A DNA stretch of 42,322 bases, taken from Nanobdellota archaeon (lineage in GTDB: Archaea; Nanobdellota; Nanobdellia; Woesearchaeales; JAHJEM01). Location of the stretch: NCBI GenBank assembly GCA_043805315.1, contig JAZDID010000098.1, forward strand, positions 1-42,322. Reading direction: 5' to 3'. The notes beneath the pieces were generated by a model. It saw nothing but the letters and a program-made list of their open reading frames with translations, searched no databases and was not told the DNA's origin. Made by a program: the position numbers and the translations under genes. Shown piece by piece: positions 38,820 through 42,322 of the stretch (positions are counted from its first letter, which is position 1; each line of letters starts with the position of its first letter).

Positions 38820-39856
38820 CGCAAGATCCCCGCGATGCCACCAAGGCTGTCAACCTTCCTCACGGCGTCGTGTGTAGAGATGATGTTGACCTTTCCCTTC
38901 GCAGCCTCGACCTTGCGCATCACGCTCTCGACCTCTCGGTACTGATTTTTCTGGCGAGCCTTTTGGATGCACTTGTCTGTCAGGACGAGCTGGCTGATGG
39001 CGCCTTCGTGGGTTTTTTCAGCCACATCTTTCAGGCCATAGGCTGCCATATCCTTGGAAACAGCGGCGAGCAGTTCCTCAACAAGGGAATCTTCTTTGCT
39101 TGTTCGATCTGCCTCAAGCAGTTTCCGCAGCTCAGGCCTCCTCACCACCTCATTGATGACTGTCTCATTCACGTCAGAGCATGCTGCGAGTGTGATTTTC
39201 GGCACAAGCTCTTTGGGCATCTCCTTCATCAGATATTCCTTCCAGAATGATGGGGAAGCGACAACTACATTCTCCAAAGAATACCTCTTGACATACTCTT
39301 GTATGAGCCTGACAATCTCCTGATAGAAACTTTCAGCCTTTTTTTCTTCAATCGCTTTTTTGCGCACATCACCCTTGATTCTAGTGAGCAAGTCATAGCC
39401 CTGGGTCTTGAGCAGGCCGAACAATGCCTCTTCCCTGTCAAAGACCACCACGAGGATCTTGAGCTGGCGAGCTGCTGTCGATTCCTTAAGCTTCTCAAGC
39501 TGGAACGAGAGCCACTCCTTTTTTATTATCTGCACTATTGCAGAAGGCTGGACATCAATGGTCTGGAAGACTCCGCGCGGAATGTCCTCAGGCCCTTCGG
39601 TGATCACGCCGGACACGCGCAGGATGTTCGCGTAATCAGAGAAGTCCACCTTAGCAACCTCTAAGGTGACGTGGAATGTCTTCCTGACTGCTTTTGCGCT
39701 GCCTGCCTCTACATCCCCTATCTTGACTTTCCGCTCAGTCTCTCCTCTCACGCTGTCTCCAGGGTCGATGATCGCGCTCAAATACCAGAGGTCATCGAGG
39801 TTCTGGACAAGCACTTTGACAATGCCATGCTTCAAGTCCTGATGGATAATCTTCAT
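38807..39856 (-). CDS. pelA: Pelota (aDom34) ribosome-rescue / mRNA surveillance factor
   Basis: 349 aa. The N-terminus is MKIIHQDLKHGIVKVLVQNLDDLWYLSAIIDPGDSV, with a three-domain eRF1-like layout. Confidence 0.92.
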   Translation of the reverse strand: MKIIHQDLKHGIVKVLVQNLDDLWYLSAIIDPGDSVRGETERKVKIGDVEAGSAKAVRKTFHVTLEVAKVDFSDYANILRVSGVITEGPEDIPRGVFQTIDVQPSAIVQIIKKEWLSFQLEKLKESTAARQLKILVVVFDREEALFGLLKTQGYDLLTRIKGDVRKKAIEEKKAESFYQEIVRLIQEYVKRYSLENVVVASPSFWKEYLMKEMPKELVPKITLAACSDVNETVINEVVRRPELRKLLEADRTSKEDSLVEELLAAVSKDMAAYGLKDVAEKTHEGAISQLVLTDKCIQKARQKNQYREVESVMRKVEAAKGKVNIISTHDAVRKVDSLGGIAGILRWKR

Positions 39857-39976
39857 TTTTGATTGATACTCTTCATTTTAGAATGCAAAAAACAAGCTGT
39901 TTTAATAATTTTATCGAAATTTCGCTCTATTGACTTGCTCATGTTGACGAATATGCTCGTGGCAATCATCTTTTAT

Positions 39977-40012
39977 AGGATTGTGCCCACCCACCAGCCC
40001 CCAACCACCACC
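39977..40012 (+). repeat. Conserved C-rich intergenic element, copy B (core only)
   Basis: AGGATTGTGCCCACCCACCAGCCCCCAACCACCACC is preceded by TCTTTT. It has the same orientation as copies A and C. Confidence 0.7.
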
Positions 40013-40113
40013 CTAGGTTGGTCATCAGAACTAATATCAGAAATGATGCATCAGGAGAAAAGAATGCTCAGAAAAACACCACGAGAAGATTGGCCTTGAA
40101 TTTTCTCCATATA

Positions 40114-40122
40114 TTTATAAAA
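40114..40122 (+). promoter_or_regulatory. TATA box candidate (TTTATAAAA), leaderless spacing to ATG 40144
   Basis: It ends 21 nt before the ATG. Confidence 0.45.
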
Positions 40123-40143
40123 TACGCCGTATTCCTCTCCTGC

Positions 40144-40443
40144 ATGAAACCTCTCTTGCTGCTCGTCTGCATCTTCCTTCTTGCAAGCCTGCTTGCTGCA
40201 GCGCCTGCACAAGCCTGCACCTTGTGCAGCTATCCTCGGTATTATACTGGCCATTATCCGAATTATATGTCCATGCGCTTTGGCGTGTATGGCGGCGGAG
40301 ACTATTATCACAGCCAGTACACGATCTTCGGAGATTATAGAGGAGGAGGAAACCGTTACTCGTACATGAATAGGATAGGCTATGGTGCAAAGCCGTGGTG
40401 GCAGTATAACCGGCTCGTCTATACTCGCCATCCTTTTTCATGA
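40144..40443 (+). CDS. Small secreted Tyr/Gly-rich protein
   Basis: The start moves to ATG 40144 (MKPLLLLVCIFLLASLLAAAPAQAC), which gives a signal peptide. The 75-aa mature part has 15 Tyr plus GGG runs. The track start at 40018 lies upstream of the TATA box. Confidence 0.6.
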   Translation: MKPLLLLVCIFLLASLLAAAPAQACTLCSYPRYYTGHYPNYMSMRFGVYGGGDYYHSQYTIFGDYRGGGNRYSYMNRIGYGAKPWWQYNRLVYTRHPFS

Positions 40444-40524
40444 AATGCAGTGTTTCATGCATGTTTCATTTGCAGGTTTTATCTTCTGAGACAATTGAAA
40501 GGGAAGCACCAGAAAACCAATAAA

Positions 40525-40532
40525 TTTATATA
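40525..40532 (+). promoter_or_regulatory. TATA box candidate (TTTATATA) upstream of the 397-aa surface protein gene
   Basis: A second AT box lies at 40538-40550. AAAGGGAG lies 6 nt before ATG 40599. Confidence 0.35.
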
Positions 40533-40598
40533 TACTCTTTTTAAAAATACCTCTCTATAGTTGCCAATATAAATAAAACAGATTGAAAAGGGAGACCT

Positions 40599-41792
40599 AT
40601 GCAGAGACACATCCAGAAAAAAGCGCAGACTGCCGGCGGTTCAGCCATCCTTGTCGCGATCATCACGACCTTGATCATCCTGTACATCCTCTTCCTGCCT
40701 CCAGACGAGCGGGCAAGTCTCTTAGGAGACAATACAGGAACCGGAGGGACTGGCGGCTACATAGGGCCATTGCCGAAAGCTGCTGTGCTCTTGGATGCGA
40801 CACCCGGTACACTCTCTGTCGCGCGGACAAACACGATCGAGCACACGATTCCCAGCATCAAGATACTGACCCAGACAAACGCCAATGAGATCAAGAGGAT
40901 AGATTCCTTATATGTCTCACGAGGCTCATTCGACGACGGCAGCAAAGAGGTCAGCTTCAGGCTGGACTCAGGGCTCAGCAATAATCTCCTCCTTTCATTC
41001 AATGTGAAAAAAGCCAGCGGAAAACTCCTGGTCTATCTGAACAACAAAGAAGTCTTCAGCAGCGAACTCAGCCCTGGCACTGCAGAGCCGATCCCGCTCT
41101 CCCGTGATTATCTCAGTGATGAGAACAACCTCACATTTTCCGTGTCTTCCCCTGGCGGTGCATTCTGGCGCATGAACGAGTACCAGCTTGACAGTATTCT
41201 CATCTCCGGAGACATCACTGACGTAAGCAGGGCATTCTCAGAAGTCCACTTCTCAATTTCCCAAAACGAGATCGAGAACCTGGAAAAAGCAGAGCTGAGA
41301 TACACGCCGAACTGCGATGCGAGCAGGGCAGGGACACTTGTCGTGCTCCTGAACACCCGGGTTGTTTTTGGAGGGATTCCTAGCTGCAGGAGCCAGAACA
41401 AGATTGAGATCGCGAAAAACCTTCTCACTCTTGACGACAACATCCTTGCATTCCAGACAGGGGAAGGAAAATACGAGGTCAACAACATCAAGCTCGTCTC
41501 GACACTCCAGAAGCCCATCGACCCTATCTATTATTTTGACATCCCGCCAGAATACTACCAGTATGTCTATGACCGGGAACTTGACGGCTACCTCCTCCTG
41601 ACATTCCCTGACGAGAATCAGATCAAGCAAGGAGTCATAACCCTGAACGGGCACAAGGCGAACTTCAAGACCCAGGGACTCACGTACAACCTGCGGGTTT
41701 CTCCATACCTGAAAGACGGCACGAACTCGCTTATCATCACACCGCAGACCTCCAGCCTGACCATCACAGAACTCAGGCTAGAGCTCAGATAA
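40599..41792 (+). CDS. Surface protein with prepilin-like (class III) signal and three beta-sandwich-like modules
   Basis: 397 aa. The N-terminus is MQRHIQKKAQTAGGSAILVAIITTLIILYILFLPPDER. Three modules end in GKLLVYLNNKEVF, GTLVVLLNTRVVF and GVITLNGHKANF contexts. Confidence 0.65.
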   Translation: MQRHIQKKAQTAGGSAILVAIITTLIILYILFLPPDERASLLGDNTGTGGTGGYIGPLPKAAVLLDATPGTLSVARTNTIEHTIPSIKILTQTNANEIKRIDSLYVSRGSFDDGSKEVSFRLDSGLSNNLLLSFNVKKASGKLLVYLNNKEVFSSELSPGTAEPIPLSRDYLSDENNLTFSVSSPGGAFWRMNEYQLDSILISGDITDVSRAFSEVHFSISQNEIENLEKAELRYTPNCDASRAGTLVVLLNTRVVFGGIPSCRSQNKIEIAKNLLTLDDNILAFQTGEGKYEVNNIKLVSTLQKPIDPIYYFDIPPEYYQYVYDRELDGYLLLTFPDENQIKQGVITLNGHKANFKTQGLTYNLRVSPYLKDGTNSLIITPQTSSLTITELRLELR

Positions 41793-41835
41793 AATCAAAA
41801 AAGAGGAGAACAATCCTTTTCCCTATCATGTCCAC

Positions 41836-42322
41836 ATGCCAGATGCAGAAGAAAAACGGATAAAGCGGATTCTTGGCAAGCTTGGCACTGGCATGAGCGA
41901 CTCTATAAAATACTCTGACTGGAACATGAAACGCCAGGCAGGAAAACAGGAAAAAGAGCTCAGGAAACAGCAGCTCGAGCAAGAGCACCTGCAAGCGCAG
42001 GCTGCATTCAACTCGATGAAAGGCCGGAACGACATCACTCACCAAGAGCTCTATGAGGCGAAACAACGCCAGCGCCAGGCAAAAGCAGCGCTCAACCAAG
42101 CCAATCCCTGGAAAAAGCCCTTCAGTGCCATCCATAGAGGAACATCAGGGCTCATGGAAGGCCTGGCACTGCGGCCGACAAACAGGCCAGTAAAAGAGAA
42201 TCCGAACGCATACTATAATTACGAATGGGATGAGAGCGTTGAGCTCGTCTTGCTCATTTTGGCTGCTCTCGTCCATATTGTCGATGTCTTTTTCCTGAAG
42301 CTCGCACGAGGTCCGACGCAAT
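41836..42322 (+). CDS. Hypothetical protein, 5' part (runs off the window)
   Basis: The frame is open from ATG 41836 to the window end (162 codons) and is not in the ORF track because it has no stop. The product MPDAEEKRIKRILGKL ... has a Gln/Lys/Glu coiled-coil-like stretch and then a hydrophobic segment, VELVLLILAALVHIVDVFFL. Confidence 0.5.
   Translation, partial: MPDAEEKRIKRILGKLGTGMSDSIKYSDWNMKRQAGKQEKELRKQQLEQEHLQAQAAFNSMKGRNDITHQELYEAKQRQRQAKAALNQANPWKKPFSAIHRGTSGLMEGLALRPTNRPVKENPNAYYNYEWDESVELVLLILAALVHIVDVFFLKLARGPTQ

Noticed and set aside
39990-40060. A C/D-box sRNA near copy B of the element. On the minus strand CTGATGA and several CTGA motifs lie around 40020-40060.
   Set aside because: The order and spacing of the putative C, D', C' and D boxes do not fit (there is no terminal D box 3' of the guide regions, and no terminal stem). 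The motif is absent from copies A and C.

Overview
This window is an archaeal chromosomal segment. It best fits a small-genome, DPANN-like archaeon: archaeal/eukaryal-type r-proteins S4e/L32e/L19e/L34e/L14e, aIF1/SUI1, Rpp29, Hef, pelota, a fused PriS-PriL primase, and TTTATAAA-type TATA boxes with many apparently leaderless genes. The core (9.5-23.9 kb, + strand) is the canonical archaeal ribosomal supercluster L3-L4-L23-L2-S19-L22-S3-L29-SUI1-Rpp29-S17-L14-L24-S4e-L5-S14-S8-L6-L32e-L19e-L18-S5-L30-L15-SecY. It resumes at 30.8 kb with DUF106/YidC-like, L34e and L14e. Between secY and DUF106 lies a roughly 7 kb accessory block: a Cys-rich secreted protein, a transglutaminase-like/DUF4129 protein with a substituted catalytic triad, DUF4350, a MoxR ATPase, DUF58, a membrane protein and a GC-rich long hairpin. 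The adk and cmk genes usually found in this neighbourhood are absent. The left flank holds a small tandem-duplicated basic protein, Hef, LemA, an AT-rich SET-domain gene, HtpX, a frameshifted radical-SAM gene and the fused primase. The right flank holds a degenerate IMPase-fold protein, PheRS beta/alpha, a TrmB regulator, an Rmt/ArmA (FmrO)-family 16S rRNA methyltransferase homologue overlapping pelota, a Tyr/Gly-rich secreted peptide, and a prepilin-like three-module surface protein. The least explained signals are these. (1) A C-rich (G-rich on the minus strand) element is conserved in the same orientation in three divergent intergenic gaps. (2) One copy of that element is split by an 80-nt cassette of four back-to-back 8-bp-arm palindromes. 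(3) A 158-nt GC-rich imperfect hairpin sits between divergent promoters. (4) Microsatellites and a 14-nt tandem repeat inside the ribosomal operon create a chain of ATGA-linked mini-ORFs ahead of rpl6. (5) Lys/Glu-rich tails occur on many r-proteins. I found no rRNA, convincing tRNA, CRISPR array, transposase or integrase.
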